A model generated the notes under the pieces. It had not been told where the DNA came from. It ran no database searches and worked only from the letters and a program-made list of their open reading frames with translations. DNA of 63,143 nucleotides, counting the filler. It is 4 parts of 4 records of this genome, joined end to end, with 100 filler letters (N's around TTAATTAATTAA, not from the genome) between each part and the next. Parts side by side here need not be neighbours in the genome. Positions count along the whole stretch, not along the records: positions 1 to 13,074 come from DRR723986_5246; 3 more parts are not named here. The stretch is one strand, 5' to 3'. Each line of letters opens with the position of its first letter. The first letter of the stretch is position 1. Below are positions 1 to 9,046 of this stretch, in pieces. The position numbers and the translations under genes were made by a program.

Positions 1-330
1 GGCTTTGACCTGCGGTCATTCCCTCATAAGTTTTTTGTTCGTCGCTGCTGCACAAGCGCAACGTCCCGACGTCCGCAATGCCAATCAGTATCAAAGTACG
101 TAAAGACGAGGCATGCCTCGTCTCACTCTCACTCCTGGAGTGAAAAAGACTTATCGCTTAAACAACTTGGACCTGTCAACTGCGAGACTAACAAGAGAAA
201 ACAGCCAGCCGTTGAATGGAATGAAAAGGGCGCAGCGCTCAAGTGGTTTTTCAGCAGCACCATGCCTGGTATTTTTGCGCCTGCCCGTTAAAGGTGAATT
301 GTTACTTTGCGACGTATTAACATTTTGTGA

Positions 331-2292
331 TTAACAAGGTACGGTCGGTAGTTCCACAATAAACGTGGCGCCTGCTCCGTGCCGGCTCTCACACCAGACT
401 TTGCCGCACATGGCTTCAACCAAATGTTTAACAATCGAAAGGCCCAGTCCGCTGGATGCTTCGCCGCCGGTGGGACGTGCCGAGAGCCGTGCAAATTTGC
501 CAAAAAGCTGCTGCATGTCCTGCTCGGTCATTCCCGGTCCCTGGTCGCGAACACGGATGCGTGCATGTGTAGTTTCAGCGTGTTTAACAGTGTCCACCAG
601 AACTTCAACTTTGGTGCCTGAGGGTGAGAACTTAACAGCATTTGACACCAGATTATCGAGCACCTGCACGATGATATCGCGGTCAGCAAAGGCGCGCACA
701 CCGCTCTGCGGACCAATAAACTGCAGGTCGATATTTTTTTCAAGCGCTGTACTGCGGCAGACGGAAAGATAGCGATTGCACGTTTCTGTTAAGTCAAACT
801 CATGCGGTTTAATGTTGAGGCGTCCCTGGTCGATGCGGTTGATATCGAGCAGCCCGGCCACGAGTTTTAACATGCGCTGGGCACTGCCGGAAATGTCTTC
901 GGCCAGTTCGTGGAGGTCGCCGTAGGGCGTTTGTTTTGCCTCGGCTGAAATCAGGCGTGCCATTCCCTGGATGTTGGCCAGAGGGTTACGCAGGTCATGT
1001 GCTACGACACCCAGGAATTCATTTTTATTGCGAATCAGTTCTTCCAGGCGACCGTTGGCGGCGGCCAGTTCTACGTTTTCCAGGCGCCGGATTGAGGCTT
1101 CCTGGCGCGCCTGTTCGGTTTCGTGCAGTATGCGCAGTTTACTGAGTTTTTCATCGTTGATATGTTTCATTTTGACCTGCTCGGCCTCGTGGTAGCGCCG
1201 GCTCCACTTATAGGCTTCGCCGAATTCCTGCTGCTGCTCGTGCAGCTCCATGTACACTTGTGCCAGGTAGGCCTGAATTTCTGGCAGGCGCGTTTCTTCG
1301 GCATGTTTCTGCGCCTGTGTGAGTAGTGCGCGTGCGCGATCGATTTTACCCATGCGCAGCATGCAGCGCGCCAGCCCGATTACGGGATCAACTTTACTGT
1401 GCTCAACCTGGACACCCTCAACCAGGCTAATGCTGTTTTCATAACTCTCTGCCGCCGCCTGGAACTGTTCCATGCTAAACTGAATGCTGGCAATGTTCAG
1501 GCCAACGATGGCTTCCTGGCGCAGATCTCCAATCTCGCGCGCCAGTTCGCCCGCCAGCTCCAGATGTTTTTGGGCTGAGGGCCAGTCTTCTTTGCCCTGG
1601 TATGCCACGCCCATATTGCTGTGCACAAGTGAAAGGCCGCGGCTATTGTCATCCTGATTGCAGATTTCGCGGCAGCGTTCAAACATCTCCAGGGCCTCGT
1701 CCAACTGGCCAAGGTCCTTGTAGACCAGCGCCAGGTTGTTGAGGCATCCGGCATAGGCTTTGGGTGTCTGGTCGTGGCGCAAATATTCGTAGGAATTCAG
1801 CAGGTGTTCCAGCGCGCGCGGCAAGTCTCCCAGATGTTGCATCAGGATGCCGACGCGCATGTTTTCCACCGCTTCACCAAATTGGTCACCCAGGGTTTGA
1901 TGTGCTCTCAGGCTGCGGCGCGCGAACGTCAGCGCCGCCTGAAAGCTGCCGTGCATGAATTCAACCATGCCTAACTCACCCAGGCATTTGGCAATGCTCA
2001 GCTCATCGTCATGCTGCTCAAAACGTTCGAGTGCCTCGCGGTAGTGCCTGCCGGCGGTCACGTAGTCGGATGCCATTGCGGCAGCTGCAGCCAGCAGGCG
2101 CAGCGCGCGTGCACGGATGTGTCCATCCAGATTGGGCATCTGCAGGATCTGGTGCGCCAGGGGCCCGATTCGTTTGGGATCAGATTTTTCGAATTCTTCG
2201 GCTTGCAGGATTAGTGTCTGCGCATTTTCGGTGGTTTGTGATGTGGGGCTTGGCGTCAGGGTGTCTTCTATGTATTCTGTAGGCACGTGCAT
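331..2292 (-). CDS. Soluble TPR-repeat sensor histidine kinase
   Basis: N-terminal ~380 aa of TPR-like repeats (e.g. CLNNLALVYKDLGQLDEALEMFERC); HisKA H-box EFLGVVAHDLRNPL; HATPase N/G1/G2 boxes NLVSNAVKF, DQGPG, GLGLSIV; no obvious TM segment. Confidence 0.92.
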   Translation of the reverse strand: MHVPTEYIEDTLTPSPTSQTTENAQTLILQAEEFEKSDPKRIGPLAHQILQMPNLDGHIRARALRLLAAAAAMASDYVTAGRHYREALERFEQHDDELSIAKCLGELGMVEFMHGSFQAALTFARRSLRAHQTLGDQFGEAVENMRVGILMQHLGDLPRALEHLLNSYEYLRHDQTPKAYAGCLNNLALVYKDLGQLDEALEMFERCREICNQDDNSRGLSLVHSNMGVAYQGKEDWPSAQKHLELAGELAREIGDLRQEAIVGLNIASIQFSMEQFQAAAESYENSISLVEGVQVEHSKVDPVIGLARCMLRMGKIDRARALLTQAQKHAEETRLPEIQAYLAQVYMELHEQQQEFGEAYKWSRRYHEAEQVKMKHINDEKLSKLRILHETEQARQEASIRRLENVELAAANGRLEELIRNKNEFLGVVAHDLRNPLANIQGMARLISAEAKQTPYGDLHELAEDISGSAQRMLKLVAGLLDINRIDQGRLNIKPHEFDLTETCNRYLSVCRSTALEKNIDLQFIGPQSGVRAFADRDIIVQVLDNLVSNAVKFSPSGTKVEVLVDTVKHAETTHARIRVRDQGPGMTEQDMQQLFGKFARLSARPTGGEASSGLGLSIVKHLVEAMCGKVWCESRHGAGATFIVELPTVPC

Positions 2293-2790
2293 CGGTCCGT
2301 ATCCGCTTTTTAGATAAAAGGATATAGTAAGGGGAATTCAGTTCCGGCACATTTGTTGCAATTACGCTAAATTTTTTTTTGCGTGCAATGATGTTTGTGC
2401 ACGTGCCAACTGCCATTGTGCCGCCGTCTGAGATGTGTAATCACCTTCGATCAAATCAAAAAAAGCTGCATTGACTAAATTTTTGTTTGTTTGCCGCGCA
2501 AATTGTGCCTACCTTCTCAGCAACAACTATGTGGTTTTAATCTGCCGCATAATCCAACTCCTGCCGTTGGGATCTACACTACACGTCACATTCGTTTACA
2601 CTGCCCGCGTTTACATCGATTAACACTCCTGCATACTATTGTGCTCGCAGCTGCGCGCGCAGCAGATGCCTATGCATCGGATTCCAGAAAACTGAATAAA
2701 ACTGCTACACAGTCACTTCACGCTGCCATCCCGCACTGCCGCCAGATAACTATTTACTGTATCCCAAATTCATTGATTGAGAGGTTTATC

Positions 2791-3141
2791 ATGAATCTTG
2801 TAAAACGATTTTTCCTGCCGCTGCTGCTCATTTGTGCGATGGCCTTTAGTGCCGAGGAAGCGCAGGCTCAGGCTGCACTTGTTAATGACGGCAATTGCAC
2901 CTGGACCGTAGATTTCACAACCAATGTGCGCCTGTCCACTGGAGTGGCAACTCTGCCACCCACCGGCACATATACGCCGTTTCTGCTGCCGGGCGAGTTT
3001 GTAGTGCTCATACGCATTGACGGTGTCAACTACGTGCCGCCGGTTCCGCCGAACTGTGTAACTATTCCGCCCAATAACACCTGTAATTCGCTGGCGCATT
3101 CGCTGTGCTGGAAGTCCAATATTTTCTGGTCCATACGCTAG
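2791..3141 (+). CDS. Small secreted Cys-rich hypothetical protein (116 aa), paralog of 5976-6347
   Basis: ATG at 2791 after GAGG; signal peptide MNLVKRFFLPLLLICAMAFSAEEAQA; 4 Cys in mature part; downstream hairpin. Confidence 0.8.
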   Translation: MNLVKRFFLPLLLICAMAFSAEEAQAQAALVNDGNCTWTVDFTTNVRLSTGVATLPPTGTYTPFLLPGEFVVLIRIDGVNYVPPVPPNCVTIPPNNTCNSLAHSLCWKSNIFWSIR

Positions 3142-3181
3142 GCAGCTTCGCATGTCTCGATGTTTTAACTGTTAAACAACA

Positions 3182-3218
3182 TCCCACAAACGGCGGAGAC
3201 ATTCCGCCGCTTGTGGGA
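3182..3218 (+). terminator. Long GC-rich hairpin downstream of the small Cys-rich gene (probable terminator or 3' stabiliser)
   Basis: TCCCACAA-A-CGGCGGA / TCCGCCG-C-TTGTGGGA inverted repeat; no clear U-tract. Confidence 0.5.
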
Positions 3219-4386
3219 ATCTGTGGGATTGTCATGTTAAAGCAGCATTACATCAGTGATAACATGTGTGGCAAAGTTGGGTACAGGTTCCCACGAGTTG
3301 TTTGCAAATCTGAAAAAGATTCCCGCTCGGCACTTTCACCAATGCCGCAGCCTGTTGCCTGGATGCGTTTTGCCTCAATGCCCACCTGCAGCAGATTGTA
3401 AAGATTCCCGCGAAAATTGCCGGAGACAGCGGGCTCAGGACTATTGAGATACATGTATGAATCGACGCCTCTATTTGGCATTATTATGTTCCTTCGGTTG
3501 TGCGTTGAATATTCAGATTGCGTGCGTTTGCCGCGGAGCGTGCCGGCTCATCTGAATGTTTACAATCTAAGAGTTGAAGATCCGCTGAGATAACCAGAAT
3601 ACGGCTGAAATTAGCTTTCCAAGCGTTGTAAAACTGGGATCTGAAACTGCACTGTCCGCCTGTAACTCGTTGATGTACAAAGAGTAATGCCGTTCTACAA
3701 TTCGGCTGTCGGCACGGGTTCCAGCCTTGAAGAATCTCCCTGAAAGGCTGCTGTTGTCATCAGCCTCCGGCGTGGTACGGCGTTGATGATGTTTACAATA
3801 TGCCTGCGAGCCCCATACGACTAAAGGGTCTGCGCGGGATGTTATGGACCGCCATCAAAAAGGGAATCCCACATTCGGCAAGGTCAAGCTGCCGAATGTA
3901 GGATCCTTCAAAGGCGTCGGGTCTGTGCACCAAATCACCGACTCCCAATCTTGTAGCCCGGATGTGAAGCTGGTCGCCGTTCCAGCATTCACAACAGTTT
4001 GATTTCGGCCGCCGGCCCGCAAGCCCAGAGACTTTGCCTAAAGTCTGGGCCGGAGTCTGCGGCGAATACATTCTGTTTCCTGACTCAATTGAAATCTACA
4101 CTTAGTACTGCCGTAGCAGCTACCACATAGTCGCTGATATCCCGCTTTCAAATGCAGTTTTTGCAGTGTATACTGGGGGCGCAGGCGCCGTAAAGCATTG
4201 AATAATAAAGATATATGTCTGCACATTTGTGGCGGCGGCAGCTGCTGTTTTACGACTTTCATGCCCGTGATAATTACCTGCAAAATGTCCGGTGTTGCGA
4301 TATAGCTGCCAAAACGCGCTTTAATTGGCTATATTCGGCACTTCAGTTTTTAAGATTTTTTAATCCTCATCCAAGGGAGTCACTAA

Positions 4387-4677
4387 ATGTCTGGTGAAAA
4401 AAAAGGAACTATTGCTGGTACCATAACTGATCCTGATGGCGCACCCTTGGCGCAAGTGACGGTTATTGCTCGTTCACAGACGGAAGACATTCAATATAAT
4501 ACTGTCAGTAAGCAGAATGGACAATACTCCATTAAACATGTGCGGCCCGGCTCTTACTCGGTAGAGGCCGGTTCGATCATGCTCGAAAAACAAGAACAGG
4601 ATGATGTTGTTGTGCCGCCGGGAGCAACTGTGACTGTGGACTTTGTCATGAATCTTACGCCAATCAGTGAAGACTAA
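4387..4677 (+). CDS. Stand-alone carboxypeptidase-regulatory-like (CarboxypepD_reg) domain protein
   Basis: GTIAGTITDPDGAPLAQVTV...SKQNGQYSI...PGSYSVEA pattern; RBS AAGGGAG; no signal peptide. Confidence 0.85.
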   Translation: MSGEKKGTIAGTITDPDGAPLAQVTVIARSQTEDIQYNTVSKQNGQYSIKHVRPGSYSVEAGSIMLEKQEQDDVVVPPGATVTVDFVMNLTPISED

Positions 4678-5848
4678 ACTCCTGCTTCCAGGTATTATCG
4701 TTGCACAGTTCTGCTGCACCTCACTCTGGTTTGCCGGCAATGGAGTGATGGCAGACCTGCTCGGATCCTTCGCATTGGAGTCCGGCGCGCTGGGGCATCT
4801 GACATCTGCGGTGCAATTTGGATTTATAGCCGGCACCCTCATTTTTGCTGTTCTGACGATTGCCGACCGCTTTTCGCCTTCCAAGGTGTTTTTGTGGAGT
4901 GCATTGCTCGGCGCTTTGTTTAATCTCGGTATCACCTGGGACGGCAATTCATTAACAAGTTTGCTTTGTTTGCGCTTTTTGACCGGTTTTTGCCTGGCAG
5001 GCATTTATCCCGTGGGCATGAAAATTGCGGCCGACCATTTTGACAAGGGACTGGGTAAGTCTTTGGGGTTTCTGGTTGGAGCGCTGGTGCTGGGGACGGC
5101 CCTGCCTCATTTGTTAAGAGACCTTTCGGCCGGCTTTGCGTGGCAATCAGTTTTGTACTTAACATCTTTATTGGCGCTGCTTGGCGGCCTGCTCCTGGGC
5201 TTTTTTGTGCCGGACGGTCCGTTTCGCCGGGCGGGTCAGCATGTTAAGTTGGGCGCGTTTTTTGCGGTTTTTCGCGAGAAGAACTTCCGGTCGGCAGCTT
5301 TTGGTTACTTTGGACACATGTGGGAATTATATGCGTTCTGGGCCTTTGTACCAGTACTTCTGCAGAACTATGGCGAACTTCATCCCTCGGTGGGTTTTAA
5401 CATTCCACTGCTCGCATTTGCAATAATTGGGATTGGCAGCCTGGCCTGCGTACTGGGTGGATATCTGGCGCAGGTACTGGGGAACAAACGCACGGCAGCA
5501 GCGGCATTGGCCTTGTCGGCTTTGTGTTGTCTGCTCGTACCAATTATTTTTAGTCTGGATAGCGACATTGCTTTAGTGGTGTTCCTGCTCTTGTGGGGCA
5601 TGGTTGTAATTGCCGATTCGCCGCTGTTCTCGACACTTGTGGCGCAGAACGCACCTGCTGAGCTAAAAGGCACGGCGCTGACAATCGTTAACTGCATTGG
5701 ATTTTCCATAACAATAGTCAGCATTCAACTGCTGAGTTATCTGCTGGATCTAACGGGCTCCGTGGCGGTGTACACGATTTTAGCGCTGGGACCAATCCTG
5801 GGCTTGATTTTTTTGTTTGTCTCCGGGAGAGAAACCCAAAGAGTTTGA
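4667..5848 (+). CDS. MFS transporter
   Basis: About 12 hydrophobic segments; AQFCCTSLWFAGN N-terminus, IADRFSP loop, GYFGHMWELYAFW; GTG start overlaps the upstream gene by 11 nt. Confidence 0.9.
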   Translation: MKTKLLLPGIIVAQFCCTSLWFAGNGVMADLLGSFALESGALGHLTSAVQFGFIAGTLIFAVLTIADRFSPSKVFLWSALLGALFNLGITWDGNSLTSLLCLRFLTGFCLAGIYPVGMKIAADHFDKGLGKSLGFLVGALVLGTALPHLLRDLSAGFAWQSVLYLTSLLALLGGLLLGFFVPDGPFRRAGQHVKLGAFFAVFREKNFRSAAFGYFGHMWELYAFWAFVPVLLQNYGELHPSVGFNIPLLAFAIIGIGSLACVLGGYLAQVLGNKRTAAAALALSALCCLLVPIIFSLDSDIALVVFLLLWGMVVIADSPLFSTLVAQNAPAELKGTALTIVNCIGFSITIVSIQLLSYLLDLTGSVAVYTILALGPILGLIFLFVSGRETQRV

Positions 5849-5975
5849 GAACAAGGCAGCACGCGCAGCCATCGTCGGATTTCTATTGAAGTCCGGCGAG
5901 TTAGATTACAGTCAAAGTCAAGTACCCAACGGCCCGCGAATAATGATAAACGCGAACCGCCGGGCTAAGGCACAA

Positions 5976-6347
5976 TTATGGTTTTAATACCAAATCAAAG
6001 TAGGGTGATAGTGCGGTGGAACGGCACAGATTCATGACGCCACACATTGTAGTTACTGACACGCAGTCGCCTGGAGCCGGCATGTTAACAATCGTGCCGT
6101 CGATGCTTAACATTGTAACCGGCCCTTTGGCACAGGGCACCACATTTGAGTGTGTAGCACCGTCAGCAATTACGTGTGTGTTGGACCAGGCCAGAATACC
6201 TGATCTATAAATGCTGACATCAATGTCACAGCCTGACTCATTCTTAATTTGTACAAACGTATCAGTAGCATAGGCCTGAGGCAGTCCAATGACGCTTAAA
6301 AGAATCGCAATGCTACAAAAGGCGAGGATTAAATTGCGCAAATGCAT
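5976..6347 (-). CDS. Small secreted Cys-rich hypothetical protein (123 aa), paralog of 2791-3141
   Basis: RBS AGGAG; signal peptide ending PQAYA; shares NxxxCxxxV...IDG...PxPxxCV...C...LC pattern with 2791-3141. Confidence 0.82.
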   Translation of the reverse strand: MHLRNLILAFCSIAILLSVIGLPQAYATDTFVQIKNESGCDIDVSIYRSGILAWSNTHVIADGATHSNVVPCAKGPVTMLSIDGTIVNMPAPGDCVSVTTMCGVMNLCRSTALSPYFDLVLKP

Positions 6348-6742
6348 AATGCATCTCCTGGTAGAGTTTAAATAAAGATAAAAATAGTAGAAGCGGGGGG
6401 GAGGCTCGATGGCTGGCTGGGCCGTTCTACCTATTGAGCTGCCGTCTGGGGGTGTTGGCAGGTAGGTCGGCTCAAGTAATTAGTGGATGCAAACTTCTTG
6501 ACCAGGTGAAGACAAGTAAAAACATTTAATGTTAATAACAAGTCTTACTGCATGTAATACTCTGATGACAAATTAAGTTACAAACTCGGAGCTGGACATA
6601 GTTATCGTTTGCAGTCAAACTCATTCCGCACCTGTACCGCTTTGCCGTCAAAATTACATAAGCTGTAATTGCGAACCGGCCTGCTGAGAAAGATGAGGAC
6701 GGCCTGCTACTGTTTAATGAAATGTTACGTCGTACATTCTGA

Positions 6743-8176
6743 CTACAGGCGCAGTGCCAGGGCATTGCGGATCCCCGCAGACTGAAATCCAATCGATTCG
6801 TCACCGACCGGGAAGTGTCCATTCTGGTAAAAAATCGAGACCTGATAACTTAAACGCTCCGCCAGCCTAAAGTCCATGCCGGCGCTCAGCTGAAGTGATC
6901 CGAGGGAGGCGTTTGCATCGGCAAATTCTGATTCCAGCGCGATTTCGGTGTTGGCGTCTACGCCGAAGAGACTTTGGTATTCCTGCCTTAAACCAAATGT
7001 TAATGAATAATCAGCGCCAAAAAAAGCACTGAGCTTATTGCCAAGCGGGACGAAGTACTGGGCTCCCAGAGCAAGGTCTATCTGTGTTGTTTCGGCGTGT
7101 AGAGACTTGAATTCACCTTGCGAAAGATCAACGCCTGGAAAACCGGAAATTGCGCCCGGAACCAGTCTTGCCAGGTCCGTGGCGTCAACATCGTACTGGA
7201 CAAGCAGCAGAGTAGCATTGGCCGAAAGTTTTACCGCAGAGCTCAGTTGGTAGGTTGTACTCAGGCCAAGCGCATAACTAACATCATTTTCACCGGCCTC
7301 TGGGGCCAGCGTCAGGAAACTATTTGAGAGGCTGAGCTGCCAGGGTGAGCTGTTCCGCCGCTCAGCGGGCATGTCAAAATCCAGATATGTTAATCTTGAC
7401 TCATTCAGCAGCAGGTCCGGCATTCCGGCCGGCTTTGGCGAATTAATATCAAACATTAAACCCGAAAGTTGAATCTGTTCGCTGCCTTCTATCTGCCGCT
7501 CCAAGTCTCTGCGGATGGTCTTTTGTTGTGCCTGCCTTTGCGGTGAATGTTCTGTTTGTGAATGTTCTGTTTGTGAATGTTCGCCCAAAGCTTGTTCCGC
7601 TGATGAGTTTTCAGGTGGCATGTGCGTACTTTGTGCCACTGAATGGCTCTGCCGCGTCGATTTGGCTGCGTAGGTGCTCTGCGGATCGGCGGAGCTTCTA
7701 ATATGTGAATTTGGAGTCCGCGGCGCAACCTGAAGTGACTGACTACGGGAAGGCTGGACTTGTCTTTGGGTCAGCTGATTGCCACGTGCATCGTTCTTTT
7801 GGCTGTCCGGCTCGTTAATTTTGTCGCTGCCTGGCTGATTGTATTGATCTCTCTGCGGCTCAGCGCTCTTTTGACTGTTTAACACGCCGCTTTTGTTTAT
7901 GCCTTGAGTGTCGGATCCGTACGCTTGTTTGAGTTCACTTACTTGCTCTTGCAGGAGCTGATTTTCGCGATATAGATCAAACACACACAAGGAACCCAGG
8001 GTGAGCAGTCCGCCGATTGTTGCTGCCGCCACATAAAGTTTCCACGGTCTGGACTTAGTGGGAACGGCCGTGGCATCCAACCGGCGCTGCATGGCATTCC
8101 AGGCTTCGGGCTTAAACTCGGCGCTGTGTTCTTCCAGTCGCGCTTTTATGGTCTTGTCAAAGTAATTGTCATCCAT
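6743..8176 (-). CDS. Anti-sigma-like N-terminus, TM helix, low-complexity linker and C-terminal OM beta-barrel-like domain
   Basis: FDKTIKARLEEH...EAWNAMQRRLD N-terminus typical of proteins downstream of FCB-group ECF sigmas; one TM; Q/S-rich linker; amphipathic beta strands; overlaps the sigma stop codon. Confidence 0.75.
   Translation of the reverse strand: MDDNYFDKTIKARLEEHSAEFKPEAWNAMQRRLDATAVPTKSRPWKLYVAAATIGGLLTLGSLCVFDLYRENQLLQEQVSELKQAYGSDTQGINKSGVLNSQKSAEPQRDQYNQPGSDKINEPDSQKNDARGNQLTQRQVQPSRSQSLQVAPRTPNSHIRSSADPQSTYAAKSTRQSHSVAQSTHMPPENSSAEQALGEHSQTEHSQTEHSPQRQAQQKTIRRDLERQIEGSEQIQLSGLMFDINSPKPAGMPDLLLNESRLTYLDFDMPAERRNSSPWQLSLSNSFLTLAPEAGENDVSYALGLSTTYQLSSAVKLSANATLLLVQYDVDATDLARLVPGAISGFPGVDLSQGEFKSLHAETTQIDLALGAQYFVPLGNKLSAFFGADYSLTFGLRQEYQSLFGVDANTEIALESEFADANASLGSLQLSAGMDFRLAERLSYQVSIFYQNGHFPVGDESIGFQSAGIRNALALRL
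7543..7582 (-). repeat. 15-bp in-frame tandem repeat (about 2.7 copies, encodes EHSQT)
   Basis: GTGAATGTTCTGTTT x2 plus GTGAATGTTC on + strand. Confidence 0.9.
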
Positions 8177-8729
8177 GTTTTCTATGCCGCTCCTTGTCCA
8201 TTGAGGCCAGGCTCCGCTTTAGCTTCATGCGCGCCTTGGCCAGATTAGACTTTGAAGTACCTATACTGATCGCGAGCATTGCAGCAATCTCTTGGTGTTT
8301 AAATCCATCGATAGCATAGAGATTAAAAATCATTTGGTAGGCCGGCGGCAAAGCCTGGACGGCCCGCATGATTTCTTCTACGGCCAGATTGTCGAGTATT
8401 CCGTCCGGTGCTGCATCGCTGCGGGCATAGGACAGGTCTAAAAGGTCGAAACGCGGCCTGGTGTGCCTGAATTTGTCGATGGCGGAGTTGATCCAGATTC
8501 GGCGGGCCCAGCCGGTAAAAGACGTCTCATCCACAAACTGACTCAGGCGCGTAAAGATCTTCAGGAAACCATCATTCAGCACTTCCTGTGCATCATCTTG
8601 ATTGCGTGAGTACCGCAGGCAAATCGCCATTCCGTAGCTATACATGGTTTTGTAGAGCTTTTCCTGGCTGGCACGCTCGTTACGTCTGCAGCCTTCAACC
8701 AAATTCGCCAAGTCTTGCTTGTTGTACAA
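8169..8729 (-). CDS. ECF RNA polymerase sigma-70 factor
   Basis: Region 2 DAQEVLNDGFLKIF...SFTGWARRIWINSAID; region 4 FNLYAIDGFKHQEIAAMLAISIGTSKSNL; TTG start. Confidence 0.95.
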   Translation of the reverse strand: MYNKQDLANLVEGCRRNERASQEKLYKTMYSYGMAICLRYSRNQDDAQEVLNDGFLKIFTRLSQFVDETSFTGWARRIWINSAIDKFRHTRPRFDLLDLSYARSDAAPDGILDNLAVEEIMRAVQALPPAYQMIFNLYAIDGFKHQEIAAMLAISIGTSKSNLAKARMKLKRSLASMDKERHRKHG

Positions 8730-8784
8730 AGTCCGTTTGTTCCAATGAGTACCTAGGTCGGAATGACCTTAACATCCAGCAAAT

Positions 8785-8817
8785 GCAAAAACGCAGCCAA
8801 ACCGAAAAGGGTTGCCT
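8785..8817 (-). promoter_or_regulatory. Predicted ECF promoter for the sigma operon (autoregulatory)
   Basis: Minus strand reads AGGCAACCCTT-N12-GCGTTTTTGC, giving the AAC-N17-CGT ECF architecture, 56 nt before the sigma start. Confidence 0.75.
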
Positions 8818-8849
8818 CAGGATTTAAAAACATTGATGATTTTTTTTGC

Positions 8850-8882
8850 AGGCAACCCTTCAGCATCTACCAGCGTTTTTGC
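8850..8882 (+). promoter_or_regulatory. Predicted ECF promoter facing the PAP2 gene
   Basis: AGGCAACCCTT-N12-GCGTTTTTGC, both boxes identical to the minus-strand copy. Confidence 0.75.
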
Positions 8883-9046
8883 CTAGCGTATAGTTGGTAG
8901 AGTCAGCAGCCTCAGGATTGGGTGCAACTCATGCCGGCGATCCATTCTAACTCGCCCTTCGCGCTTGCAGGCCACATGCTGGATGTGATGAATAGCAGCA
9001 GGCTCACAAGCCGGAACTTTAGCGCCATGTACAATTGGAGAACTGT

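Noticed and set aside
2491-2790. N-terminal extension of the 216-aa ORF
   Set aside because: The RBS and signal peptide point to ATG 2791
3856-4038. Cobalamin riboswitch (AAAAGGGAATCC ... AGCCCAGAGACTTTGCC)
   Set aside because: The GGTG/AATCC stem and the GCCACTG...GGGAAG B12 box are missing, and no B12 gene follows
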